Origin: a bacterium
Lineage (GTDB): Bacteria > Eisenbacteria > RBG-16-71-46
Assembly: GCA_043779265.1 (NCBI GenBank)
Contig: JAYWEM010000154.1
Coordinates: forward strand, 1 to 34,557
Length of the DNA: 34,557 nt
Direction of reading: 5' to 3'
In this document: one piece after another, positions 18,413 to 29,084 of the stretch
How positions within the stretch are numbered: position 1 is the first letter of the stretch
Layout of the letters: each line of letters opens with the position of its first letter
Translations under genes and position numbers: made by a program
Notes under the pieces: model-generated
Seen by the model: the letters and a program-made list of their open reading frames with translations, nothing else
Database searches by the model: none
Told to the model about the DNA's origin: nothing

Positions 18413-19299
18413 CGCTCGGATCCCTTCTGCAGCCGCATCTGGATGAGCGTCGCCACCAGCATCAGGGCGAACAGCACGAAGGCGATGGCGTTGGCATAGC
18501 CCATGCGCCACCAGCGGAAGCCCTGCTCGTACATCAGGAGCATCGCCGTGACGGTGCTGCGCAGCGGCCCGCCCTGCGTCATCACGTAGGGCTCGGCGAA
18601 CACCTGGAACTGGGCCAGCATCGTCATGATGCCGACGAACAGCAGGGTCGGTCCGAGCGACGGCAGCGTGATGTGGCGGAACTGCTGCCAGGCGCCGGCG
18701 CCGTCGAGGCGCGCCGCCTCGTAGAGATCCTCGGGGATCGTGGAGAGCCCGGCGATCAGGATGAGCATGTTGTAGCCGAAGCTCTTCCACACCGCGAGGA
18801 TCAGGATCGCCCACAGCGCCGTGCGCGGATCGCCGAGCCAGTCGATCGGGGCGATTCCAACGAAGCCGAGCAGATGATCCACGAGCCCGTAGGTCGGGTG
18901 ATACAGGTAGCGCCAGACGAGCGCGACGGCAACGAGCGTCGTGACGACCGGCGCGAAGTACACGGTGCGGAAGAACGACCGCCCCCGCACGAGTTTGTCG
19001 TGCAGCAGCAGCGCCGCCCCCAGCGAGGCCGCCATCGACAGCGGACCCCCGACGAACACGAAGAACAGCGTGTGCCGCAGCGCCGCCCAGAACTCGGGGT
19101 CGGTCAGCACGCGCTGATAGTTCGCCGCTCCCACGACGCGCACGACCGAGGGATCGCCGATCGCGTACAGATCGAAGTCGGTCAGGCTGAGCGCGAACCC
19201 GGCGATCACCGGCAGCAGGTAGAAGAGTGCGATGAGCCCCACGGCGGGGGCGACGAAGATCCACCCGGCACGGGCTTCGGCTCGGCGATCGCTCCTCAT
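18409..19299 (-). CDS. Carbohydrate ABC transporter permease (MalF-like, 296 aa)
   Basis: EAA loop IPEDLYEAARLDGAGAWQQFRHITLP, MTQGGP, six hydrophobic segments. ATGA overlap. Confidence 0.95.
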   Translation of the reverse strand: MRSDRRAEARAGWIFVAPAVGLIALFYLLPVIAGFALSLTDFDLYAIGDPSVVRVVGAANYQRVLTDPEFWAALRHTLFFVFVGGPLSMAASLGAALLLHDKLVRGRSFFRTVYFAPVVTTLVAVALVWRYLYHPTYGLVDHLLGFVGIAPIDWLGDPRTALWAILILAVWKSFGYNMLILIAGLSTIPEDLYEAARLDGAGAWQQFRHITLPSLGPTLLFVGIMTMLAQFQVFAEPYVMTQGGPLRSTVTAMLLMYEQGFRWWRMGYANAIAFVLFALMLVATLIQMRLQKGSER

Positions 19300-20594
19300 G
19301 GCGTGGCCCCTTGCTTGCGCGCATGCAGCCAGCGGCGCTTCTCGAGCACGCGATCGACATCGCGATCGAGTCGGGCGAGCGCCGAGTCGGGCGTGAGCAC
19401 GCCTCGGGCGACCGCCTCGCCCTGCGTCTGGAGCAGCGTCGCGATCAGCTCCCACTCCGGGACCAGCGGCGCCGGCCGGACGCGCTGCAGCTGCGTTCGG
19501 AACGCCTCGATGCGCGGGTCATGCGTGAGGGCCGAGTCGGCCCACGCCGATCGCACCGCCGGCAGGTCGCCGGTCAGGTGGAAGAACCGCGCCTGGATCG
19601 ACGGACGCGACAGGAACGCGATCAACTGCCACGCCGCCTCGGCATGACGCGAGCGTTCGAACACCACGAGGCTCGACCCACCCGCCGTGGAGGCGCCGCT
19701 CTCGGGGCCGTCCGGGCCCGGCAGCGGCGCCGTGCTCCATGACCCTTGCAGTTCGGGCGACAGCCGCCGCGCGAACTCGCCCAGATTCCACGGGCCGGTG
19801 ATCACGGCGGCGAAGCTGCCACGTTCGAACTCCTGGTACATGTTCGCCACTTCGCTGTTCGAGACCGGTGGCGCCAATCGCTCGCGATACAGCCGATCGT
19901 AGAAGTCGAAGCCGCGGCGGAACTCGTGCGATGAGAACGCGCCGCGCGTGCCCTCGGCGTTGAGCATCGTGGCTCCGGCCGAGAGACCCAGCACGTAGGG
20001 CGGCACCCATTCGTTGATGGGCAGGAAGATCGCGTGCCGCGTCGGACCCGCCTGCGCCTTGACTGCGTGCAGCGCGAGCCGGAAGCCCTCCCAGTCGCCG
20101 GGGATGCTCGCGAAGCCCGCCTTCGCGAACAGATCGCTGCGGTAGAACAGCACGCGGGTGTCGACGTACCACGGCACGCCGTACGCGAGCCCGTCGAACA
20201 CGTTCGTGTCCCAGATCCCCTCGAAGCACGAGTCGCGCGAGACTCCCTGGGCGGCGAGTGCCGCGGGGACGGGCGCCAGTGCCCTCAGCGCATGGAACTC
20301 GGCCATCCAACTGTTGCCGAGCTGTGCGACATCCGGGCTCGAGCGACCGACATGTGCGGTGAGCAGCTTCTCGTGCGCCGCCGACCACGGGATCTTCTCC
20401 ACCTGCACGCGAACGCCGGGATGCTCGGCCTCGAACTCGTGCATCAACTCGGTCACGACCTCGCCCTCTCGGCCCATCGCCCAGAAGCGAAGCGTCACGC
20501 GATCGCCCTCTCCCGCACCGCAGCCCGAGGACGCCGCCATCGCGAGCATCGCCACGAGGAAGCCGGCAAGTCGCAGGCGGCGGGCGAGCGACAT
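19296..20594 (-). CDS. Sugar ABC transporter substrate-binding protein, probable lipoprotein (432 aa)
   Basis: Signal ending ASSGC. Motifs LRFWAMGREGE, PDVAQLG, YGVPWYVDTRVLFYRSDL and ITGPW. TGATG overlap with the upstream gene. Confidence 0.93.
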   Translation of the reverse strand: MSLARRLRLAGFLVAMLAMAASSGCGAGEGDRVTLRFWAMGREGEVVTELMHEFEAEHPGVRVQVEKIPWSAAHEKLLTAHVGRSSPDVAQLGNSWMAEFHALRALAPVPAALAAQGVSRDSCFEGIWDTNVFDGLAYGVPWYVDTRVLFYRSDLFAKAGFASIPGDWEGFRLALHAVKAQAGPTRHAIFLPINEWVPPYVLGLSAGATMLNAEGTRGAFSSHEFRRGFDFYDRLYRERLAPPVSNSEVANMYQEFERGSFAAVITGPWNLGEFARRLSPELQGSWSTAPLPGPDGPESGASTAGGSSLVVFERSRHAEAAWQLIAFLSRPSIQARFFHLTGDLPAVRSAWADSALTHDPRIEAFRTQLQRVRPAPLVPEWELIATLLQTQGEAVARGVLTPDSALARLDRDVDRVLEKRRWLHARKQGATP

Positions 20595-22063
20595 CAGCGC
20601 GCCTTCTCCAGCGTCAGCCAGCCGCCGTGGAAGCCGGCTCGCTCGAGCCCGCGGCGGATGCTCGGGTCGCGGCGCATCACGTCCCACACGAGCCCGGTGC
20701 GAAGATTCTCGATCATGGCCAGAATCGGTCCCTGATCGATCGCGAGGTGATCGGTGTCGTACCAGCCCACACCGGGGATGACACGGCCATGCTGGACCGC
20801 GATCGACTCGGTCAGCGTGGGATTGAACGCGTCGACGAAGCCATAGCGTCCGTAGAGCGGCTCGCCGTGCCTTGCGGCCATGGCCATGAGCGCGGGCACA
20901 CAGACTTCGGGTGCGAACGCGACCGACCCGCCGACCGCCGTCGGGGACAGCGTGCCGTCATCGATCACCTCGGTGAAGCTCGCGCCGCGCGCCGCATAGG
21001 TGCGGAACGTGCGTTCGCGGCCGGCAATCGTCAACGTGCGATCGACCGGACCGTCACAGGCCGTCAACCCCCACACGAGCGAGTCGTAGCCAGCGAATCC
21101 GGAGGGGTTGGCGATCGCATACTTGCGCTGGGCGAGCGTGGCGCGGCGCGAGTTCTCGAAGTAGTCGACACCCTTCTCGGCGGTGAACCGATCGTGGATG
21201 CCCCGGAAGTCGATCCAGACGTGCGAGTACTGATGGCCGAAGAGTGCCGCGAATCCCAGATGCTCGTAGCCTTGGTACGTTCCCCAGCGATAGCGCGACA
21301 GCCATTCGTCATAGGCCGCCTCACTGACCGCGTGGGTCGGCGAGCCCAGCGCGAGGACGTGCATGAACAGCGCCTCGTTGTAGCCGCGCCAGTCATAGGG
21401 CAGATGGCCCGACTCGGGCTTCCACCCGAGCGCGATCGTCGGCGGTCGCACGCTCGCCCACTGCCAGTCCGCCCTCGCCTCGAGCGTGTCGGCCAGTGCA
21501 CGCAGCTCGCGCTCGACGTCATTGTCGCCATCGAAGTATCCGCGGCCGAGTAGCGCACCCATCAGAAGGAGTCCGGTGTCGACGGTCGAGAGCTCGACGT
21601 CGGCGAAGCGGGTTCCGGTCACCGGGTCGAGGAAATGATAGTAGAAGCCGCGGTAGCCGGTCGCGCCACTCCTCGACGTGTCGAGTCGCGCATCCGCGAA
21701 GAACCGAAGTGAACCACGCAAGCGCTCGGCCGCCGCCTCGCGCGTGACCCAGCCGCGCTCGGCGCCGATCACATATGCGGTGAGGGCGAATCCGCTTCCG
21801 CCGACGCTCGCGAACGAGCGCGTCGGCCAGCGGTCGGGCGTCAGATGATTGCCCTCGTGCGCGGTCTCCCAGAACCAATCGAACGTGCGCCGCGACAGCG
21901 TGTCGAGGAACGCCCGCTCCTCGAGCGAAAGCGCATTCCACGCCGGGCTCGTCGCTTGGGCGCGAGGGCTCGAAGCGGTCGCCGAGCAGCCGATCACCAA
22001 CCACAGGAGAGCGACGGCGATGGAAGCGTTTCCAGTCAGGCGCTTCAAGGTGACCGATTGCAT
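20594..22063 (-). CDS. GH144-like endo-beta-1,2-glucanase, probable lipoprotein (489 aa)
   Basis: Lipobox LVIGC. Motifs RRTFDWFW, ELSTVDTGLL, GYNEA, LFGHQYSH, YFENSRRATL, WGLTACDG and AIDQGP. GAGG RBS. Confidence 0.88.
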   Translation of the reverse strand: MQSVTLKRLTGNASIAVALLWLVIGCSATASSPRAQATSPAWNALSLEERAFLDTLSRRTFDWFWETAHEGNHLTPDRWPTRSFASVGGSGFALTAYVIGAERGWVTREAAAERLRGSLRFFADARLDTSRSGATGYRGFYYHFLDPVTGTRFADVELSTVDTGLLLMGALLGRGYFDGDNDVERELRALADTLEARADWQWASVRPPTIALGWKPESGHLPYDWRGYNEALFMHVLALGSPTHAVSEAAYDEWLSRYRWGTYQGYEHLGFAALFGHQYSHVWIDFRGIHDRFTAEKGVDYFENSRRATLAQRKYAIANPSGFAGYDSLVWGLTACDGPVDRTLTIAGRERTFRTYAARGASFTEVIDDGTLSPTAVGGSVAFAPEVCVPALMAMAARHGEPLYGRYGFVDAFNPTLTESIAVQHGRVIPGVGWYDTDHLAIDQGPILAMIENLRTGLVWDVMRRDPSIRRGLERAGFHGGWLTLEKAR

Positions 22064-22084
22064 CGTGCGTCCTCGCGAGGGCGA

Positions 22085-23134
22085 TCAGCCGCGCAGCGGC
22101 CTCTCGGATTGCGCCTGTCGGACGCTCTGCACGTCGGAGGCGGTCGAACCACAGGATCGCCGAACCACGAGCTGGGTCGGCAGGATCTCGTGATGTTTAC
22201 GTGCCGGCCGCACCGATCCCTGGCGGACGAGCAGGTGCACGGCCCGCTTGCCGAGATCGAACGGATCGACACGGACGGTGGTGAGCGGCGGCGTCAGATA
22301 GCGCGCAGTCGGGATGTCATCGAAGCCAGCGAGTGCGATGTCCTCGGGCACCTGCAGCCCGGCATCCTGAAGCGCGCACAGCGCCCCCACCGCCATGTGG
22401 TCGTTGGCGACGAACACCGCATCCGGCCGATCCCCACGCGCGAGCAGTTGCATCATCGCCTCGTAGCCCGACTCCTCGGTGAAGCCACCGCGCACCTCGA
22501 GTTCGGGGCTGCTCGCCATCTTGGCCGCGGCGAGCGCCTGGCGATGCCCGGCCAATCGCTGCTGCGCATCGATGTTCTTCTCGGGACCGGTGATCATGGC
22601 GATGCGGCGGTGACCCAGAGCGAGCAGGTGCTCGGTCATCCGCTGCGCGCCCTCGGCATTGGCGATCGAGAGCGAGTAGCAGCCGCCGATCGAGACCTCG
22701 GGATCGAGCAGAACAGTCGGCGTGCGGCCGCCGAACAGCTTCAGCGCCTCGTGCGCGTCGACGTCGGGAGTCATGACGATGAGTCCGTCAACCCGGCCCC
22801 GCATCGTGCGCAGTGCGTTCATGAGCGCATCGGGGTGCGCGCTGGTGCGGGAGAACAGCAGATGGTAGCCGAACTCGCGCGCCGTCAGGTCCACGCCGCG
22901 GATCAGCTCGGAGTAGAACTCGCCGTGCAGATCGGGCAGCAGCACGCCGAGCGCCTGCGTCCGGTTGGTGATGAGACTGCGGGCCACGCCATTGGGCCAG
23001 TAGTTCAGCTCGGTGGCGGCCTGGTGCACCTTGTCGCGCGTCGGCTGGCTGACGAGCGGATGATCGTTGAACACCCGCGACACGGTCGCGATCGAGACGC
23101 CGGCTAGCTTGGCGACATCCTTGATGGTGGCCAT
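22085..23134 (-). CDS. LacI-family transcriptional regulator (349 aa)
   Basis: HTH MATIKDVAKLAGVSIATVSRV, hinge YWPNGVARSL, plus LGHRRIA and VPEDIALAGFDD...PPLTTV. Confidence 0.97.
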   Translation of the reverse strand: MATIKDVAKLAGVSIATVSRVFNDHPLVSQPTRDKVHQAATELNYWPNGVARSLITNRTQALGVLLPDLHGEFYSELIRGVDLTAREFGYHLLFSRTSAHPDALMNALRTMRGRVDGLIVMTPDVDAHEALKLFGGRTPTVLLDPEVSIGGCYSLSIANAEGAQRMTEHLLALGHRRIAMITGPEKNIDAQQRLAGHRQALAAAKMASSPELEVRGGFTEESGYEAMMQLLARGDRPDAVFVANDHMAVGALCALQDAGLQVPEDIALAGFDDIPTARYLTPPLTTVRVDPFDLGKRAVHLLVRQGSVRPARKHHEILPTQLVVRRSCGSTASDVQSVRQAQSERPLRG

Positions 23135-23182
23135 CGGGGCCTCGCGTGGGTGCGGCCGGGCGCAGGGCGGAGCGCCGGAAGG

Positions 23183-23217
23183 GTGAATCGTTTACCGAGC
23201 CCCCCCCAGCGTGTCAA
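23183..23217 (-). promoter_or_regulatory. Putative lacI/ABC operon promoter (TTGACA at 23217-23212) with LacI-type operator GGTAAACGATTCAC (23196-23183)
   Basis: Perfect -35, 17-nt spacer, then TAAACG inside a degenerate copy of the 14381 palindrome. Confidence 0.7.
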
Positions 23218-24169
23218 GGCCAGGTGTGCGGGCAGCGGTCTCGACCGGCCGCTCGTATCGCTCCCAACCGTGGCCCTCCTGCCCGAAGCGGAACGCGCCC
23301 GGGTGCAGCGCCTCGGCCAGGCACTCGAGCGCCTCGGCGACCCGCGGACCCGGCCGATTGAACAGCGCGTTGCCGTCCGCGACATGGACCTGCCCCTCGC
23401 GCACGGCACGCAACTTCAACCAGCGCCGATCCGAGTCGAGCGCCGCCATCTCGGTCCGCGTGCGCGCCAGCCCGAAGCCGCAGGGCGCCACGAAGATCAC
23501 GTCGGGATCCGCCTTGGCGAGCCGCGCGAACGACACCTTCCCCCGATGAACACCCGGCGTGCCGAGCACGTCCTCGCCCCCGGCCAGTGCGATCAGCTCA
23601 GGCGTCCAGTGCCCGGCGATCATCAGCGGCTCGATCCACTCGATGCACGCGACGCGCGGCCTCGGCCGGTCCTTCAAGCGCTCGGCGATCGCCTTCATGC
23701 GGCGCTGCAGGCGTGAGATGAGCTGCACGCCGCGCTCGGGCACGCCCAGCGCGTCGGCGATCGCGCGCATGTCGCGCCACAGGTCGGCCAGCGAGTCGGG
23801 CCGGGTCGAGACGATCGCGGGCCGGCTCGGGATCGTGGCGCACACCGCCGCCTCGACATCGGACAGGCTCACCGCGCACACGTCGCACTGCGTCTGCGTC
23901 ACGAGCAGGTCGGGTGCGAGCCCTGCGAGCGCCTTGGCGTCGACGCGGTGGACGGAGACGACCTGCTCGACCAGAGCGCGCACGCGTGCGTCGAGCTTGC
24001 GCGAGGGCAGGGCGATCTCGAACTGGGGCGACGTCACCTGCGGCAGGCGCTTCACCCATGCGGGATGGTCGCACTCGTGCGAGCGACCGACGAGGCGGTC
24101 ACCGCAATCGAGGGCGCAGATGGTCTCGGTGCTGGAAGCGATCAGGGACACGACGCGTCGGGGGACCAG
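23192..24169 (-). CDS. BtuF/cobalamin-binding-like (TroA superfamily) protein without signal peptide (about 325 aa)
   Basis: Motifs RVVSLIASSTE, LVGRSHECDHP, PDLLVTQTQCDVCAV, EWIEP, DPDVIFVAPCGF and FNRPGPR. Start placed at CTG 24169 (AGGAG 5 nt upstream). The alternative is GTG 24151. Confidence 0.85.
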   Translation of the reverse strand: MVPRRVVSLIASSTETICALDCGDRLVGRSHECDHPAWVKRLPQVTSPQFEIALPSRKLDARVRALVEQVVSVHRVDAKALAGLAPDLLVTQTQCDVCAVSLSDVEAAVCATIPSRPAIVSTRPDSLADLWRDMRAIADALGVPERGVQLISRLQRRMKAIAERLKDRPRPRVACIEWIEPLMIAGHWTPELIALAGGEDVLGTPGVHRGKVSFARLAKADPDVIFVAPCGFGLARTRTEMAALDSDRRWLKLRAVREGQVHVADGNALFNRPGPRVAEALECLAEALHPGAFRFGQEGHGWERYERPVETAARTPGLDTLGGAR

Positions 24170-24317
24170 AGGCTCTCCTGGGTTTCACGTGAAGGGGGTG
24201 CTCAGAGGTACTACCCCGCAACCGCCCCCAACGGGACCCAGGAATGACAAGTTCCGGGCAGACGGCAGGGACCCGGAGCGCCGCCCGCAAGTCGTTCCTG
24301 CACCTTGCACTCCGCGC

Positions 24318-24346
24318 TTGTCACCTCTTGGACGCTCGACTATCCT
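24318..24346 (+). promoter_or_regulatory. Putative sigma70 promoter of hppA
   Basis: TTGTCA (24318-24323), 17-nt spacer, TATCCT (24341-24346). Confidence 0.6.
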
Positions 24347-24500
24347 GCCTCGCCTTCGCGAACAGGGCACCTGCCCGCGCAAAGCGTCATCCCCACCCGC
24401 ATCGACCGGCCGCTCCCCCCTGCACCTCGGTGCGGCCGTGCTTCGAGGCGGTGCTCCGGTGGCCGCGAGCCGCCGTGACCCAGAACCCGAGGAGCATCCG

Positions 24501-26900
<2,400 letters not shown>

Positions 26901-26919
26901 CCTGCTGCGCGAGCCGTTC

Positions 26920-26959
26920 CACGAAGCCCCCGCCGGCGCTGCCGCGCGGGGGCTTCGTG
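26920..26959 (+). terminator. Terminator-like hairpin after hppA
   Basis: Perfect 14-bp inverted repeat CACGAAGCCCCCGC / GCGGGGGCTTCGTG, 20 nt after the stop. Confidence 0.75.
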
Positions 26960-27016
26960 CGTTCTCGTGGGGCCGCTTGTCCGTCCTGCGCGGGTCGTGC
27001 GAGGCTCGGGCACGTC

Positions 27017-29083
27017 ATGTCCGGCCACCGTGTCGTCCAGTCGATCGCAGCGCTGACCCTCTCCGCATGGCTCGGGTTCGCCCCCGTGCCCGCCGATGCT
27101 GCTCCCCACACGGTCACGGGACTCTCGGCGCGATTGCGCGCCGGGCAGATCTTCCTCTCCTGGGACGGGCTGGCGGGATCTGGCTGGAGCTACCGGGTGC
27201 ACCACTCGGTGATCCCGATCGACGATGCCGCGAGCCTCGCCGCATCCGCGCTGCTCGGCGTGCAGCGCGACTCGAGCGCCGTCGATCGACGGCGGACGAA
27301 GGTGATGCGTTCGCTGCAGACCTTCCGAGTGGACAGTGCCGCGGCTCCGCTCGAGTCCTCCGCCGGGCTGTTCGTCCGCACCCTCGAGACCTCGGGGCTC
27401 GGCTTCTATGCGGTGCTGGCGGAATCGTCGGGCGGGGTGCCCGACCCGACGATCGTCCTCGGCGCGAACTCGCTCGTCATCCCGGTACCCGAGTGGCCCG
27501 AGGCACCGCTCCCCATCTGGAAACGACACACGATCGTCCCCGCCGATGGCGATGACTACGTGCTGTGGGTGAACGACGTCGACACGCCCACCATCGAGGC
27601 GATGGCGAATCGCCCGAGCACACCGACCCATCTCACGCTGCGGCGCGGCCTGCCGGGTCGGCCGCTCGTGTTGTACGGGCATTCGCGCGGCGGCAACAGC
27701 TACCAGTCTCTGCTGGGCTCGGGTTATCCCGGCGAATCGATCCTGTGCATCGAGGACCATCTGCCGACGGGAGACCACGCGGGCTTCGCATTCGGCTACG
27801 GTCAGGACGACGACCCGGCCGTCTACTGGAACGCTTCGCGTCCGCCCGGCGGCATCGTCATCGACTACGTCGAACGCCGCGTCCGCTACGTGCTCGACTG
27901 GTCACAGCGCGTGTTGCTCCCCGACCCGCAGCGACTCTACGTGTGGGGCGGCTCGATGGGCGGATCACTCGCCTTCTTCCTCGCCTATCACGAACCCGAT
28001 CGCGTCGCCGCCAGCATGGGCGTGATCCCCAAGCTGAGCACGGCGTACACGCCCGACAGCTTCCTGGACCTGCGTGTGAGCTTCGACCGCATCTGGGGCA
28101 GGATCGAGGACACGCCGATGGGCTCGCACGGCATCCCGGTGTTCGACTGGATGGACGGCCGCTGGCTCGCCGAGCACCGCCGGGTCCGGGGAGCCGCTCC
28201 CCACTCGATGTTCTTCGGACGAGCCGACACGATCGTCGGCTGGCCCGAGAAGGTGGCATACGCGCAGGCGATGCAGACCCACCGCATCGGCGGCGCGCTG
28301 TTCTGGGACACGTGGAAGCACTTCGATGACCAGAACGCGACCCCGTGGCGCAATACACAGACCACGCGGCGAATGCACGCGTTCCGGCTCGACCGCAGCT
28401 TCTCCGCGCTCAGTCGCTGCAGCGCCGACGGCGACATGGGCGATGGTTCGCTGGCGACGGGCGACACCATGGGCACGATCAACGGCTTCCTCGACTGGGA
28501 CACGACGATGGTCGACCTGCCGGATCGCTGGGAGTGCACGCTTCGCACCGTCAGCCTGCCCCATCGAGACGGCGTGTTCGCGGCCCCCGACTCCGCGCGT
28601 GTCGATGTCACGCCGAGGCGCGTGCAGCAGTTCCTGATCGCCATGGGCGTTCCCTACTCCTTCGAGGTGCACGACGTGGTGAGCGGGGCTCTGCTCGAAT
28701 CGGGCGAGCGCTTCGCCGATGGCGACGCCCTGCTGACGATCGAGCGTGTGCCCGTGACGGCTTCGGGCTCACGGCTCACGATCACGCACGCGACGACCTC
28801 GACCCCCGGCTCGCAGATTGCGCCGCGCGGCCCTTCCATCCGCCTCGCTGCGAATCCCTTGCGCAGATCCACCCAGTTCCGCGTCGCGTGGCCGATCTCG
28901 GATGAGGCGCGCGTACGGCTGATCGATGCCGCCGGGCGCGTGATCCGGTTGCTGCATCAGGGCCCGGTCGGACCGCTCTCGACGCTCTTCCTGGACACCG
29001 GCGCGCTCGCCCCTGGCCTCTACTGGATCGAGGCGCGCCAAGGCGACACGCGGGGCCTCCGGCGCATCGTCGTCCTGCGCTGA
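27017..29083 (+). CDS. Secreted alpha/beta-hydrolase-fold protein (putative esterase/depolymerase) with CTD (688 aa)
   Basis: Signal peptide ending VPADA. Nucleophile elbow DPQRLYVWGGSMGG. CTD AANPL...LIDAAGRVIR...APGLYWI...RRIVVLR. Confidence 0.75.
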   Translation: MSGHRVVQSIAALTLSAWLGFAPVPADAAPHTVTGLSARLRAGQIFLSWDGLAGSGWSYRVHHSVIPIDDAASLAASALLGVQRDSSAVDRRRTKVMRSLQTFRVDSAAAPLESSAGLFVRTLETSGLGFYAVLAESSGGVPDPTIVLGANSLVIPVPEWPEAPLPIWKRHTIVPADGDDYVLWVNDVDTPTIEAMANRPSTPTHLTLRRGLPGRPLVLYGHSRGGNSYQSLLGSGYPGESILCIEDHLPTGDHAGFAFGYGQDDDPAVYWNASRPPGGIVIDYVERRVRYVLDWSQRVLLPDPQRLYVWGGSMGGSLAFFLAYHEPDRVAASMGVIPKLSTAYTPDSFLDLRVSFDRIWGRIEDTPMGSHGIPVFDWMDGRWLAEHRRVRGAAPHSMFFGRADTIVGWPEKVAYAQAMQTHRIGGALFWDTWKHFDDQNATPWRNTQTTRRMHAFRLDRSFSALSRCSADGDMGDGSLATGDTMGTINGFLDWDTTMVDLPDRWECTLRTVSLPHRDGVFAAPDSARVDVTPRRVQQFLIAMGVPYSFEVHDVVSGALLESGERFADGDALLTIERVPVTASGSRLTITHATTSTPGSQIAPRGPSIRLAANPLRRSTQFRVAWPISDEARVRLIDAAGRVIRLLHQGPVGPLSTLFLDTGALAPGLYWIEARQGDTRGLRRIVVLR

Positions 29084-29084
29084 C

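Noticed and set aside
23559..24500. N-terminal 314-aa extension of the hppA ORF
   Set aside because: It is antisense to the BtuF-like gene. The promoter and RBS point to ATG 24501.
24180..24500. Possible cobalamin riboswitch upstream of the BtuF-like gene
   Set aside because: No GGGAA / B12-box arrangement on the sense strand.
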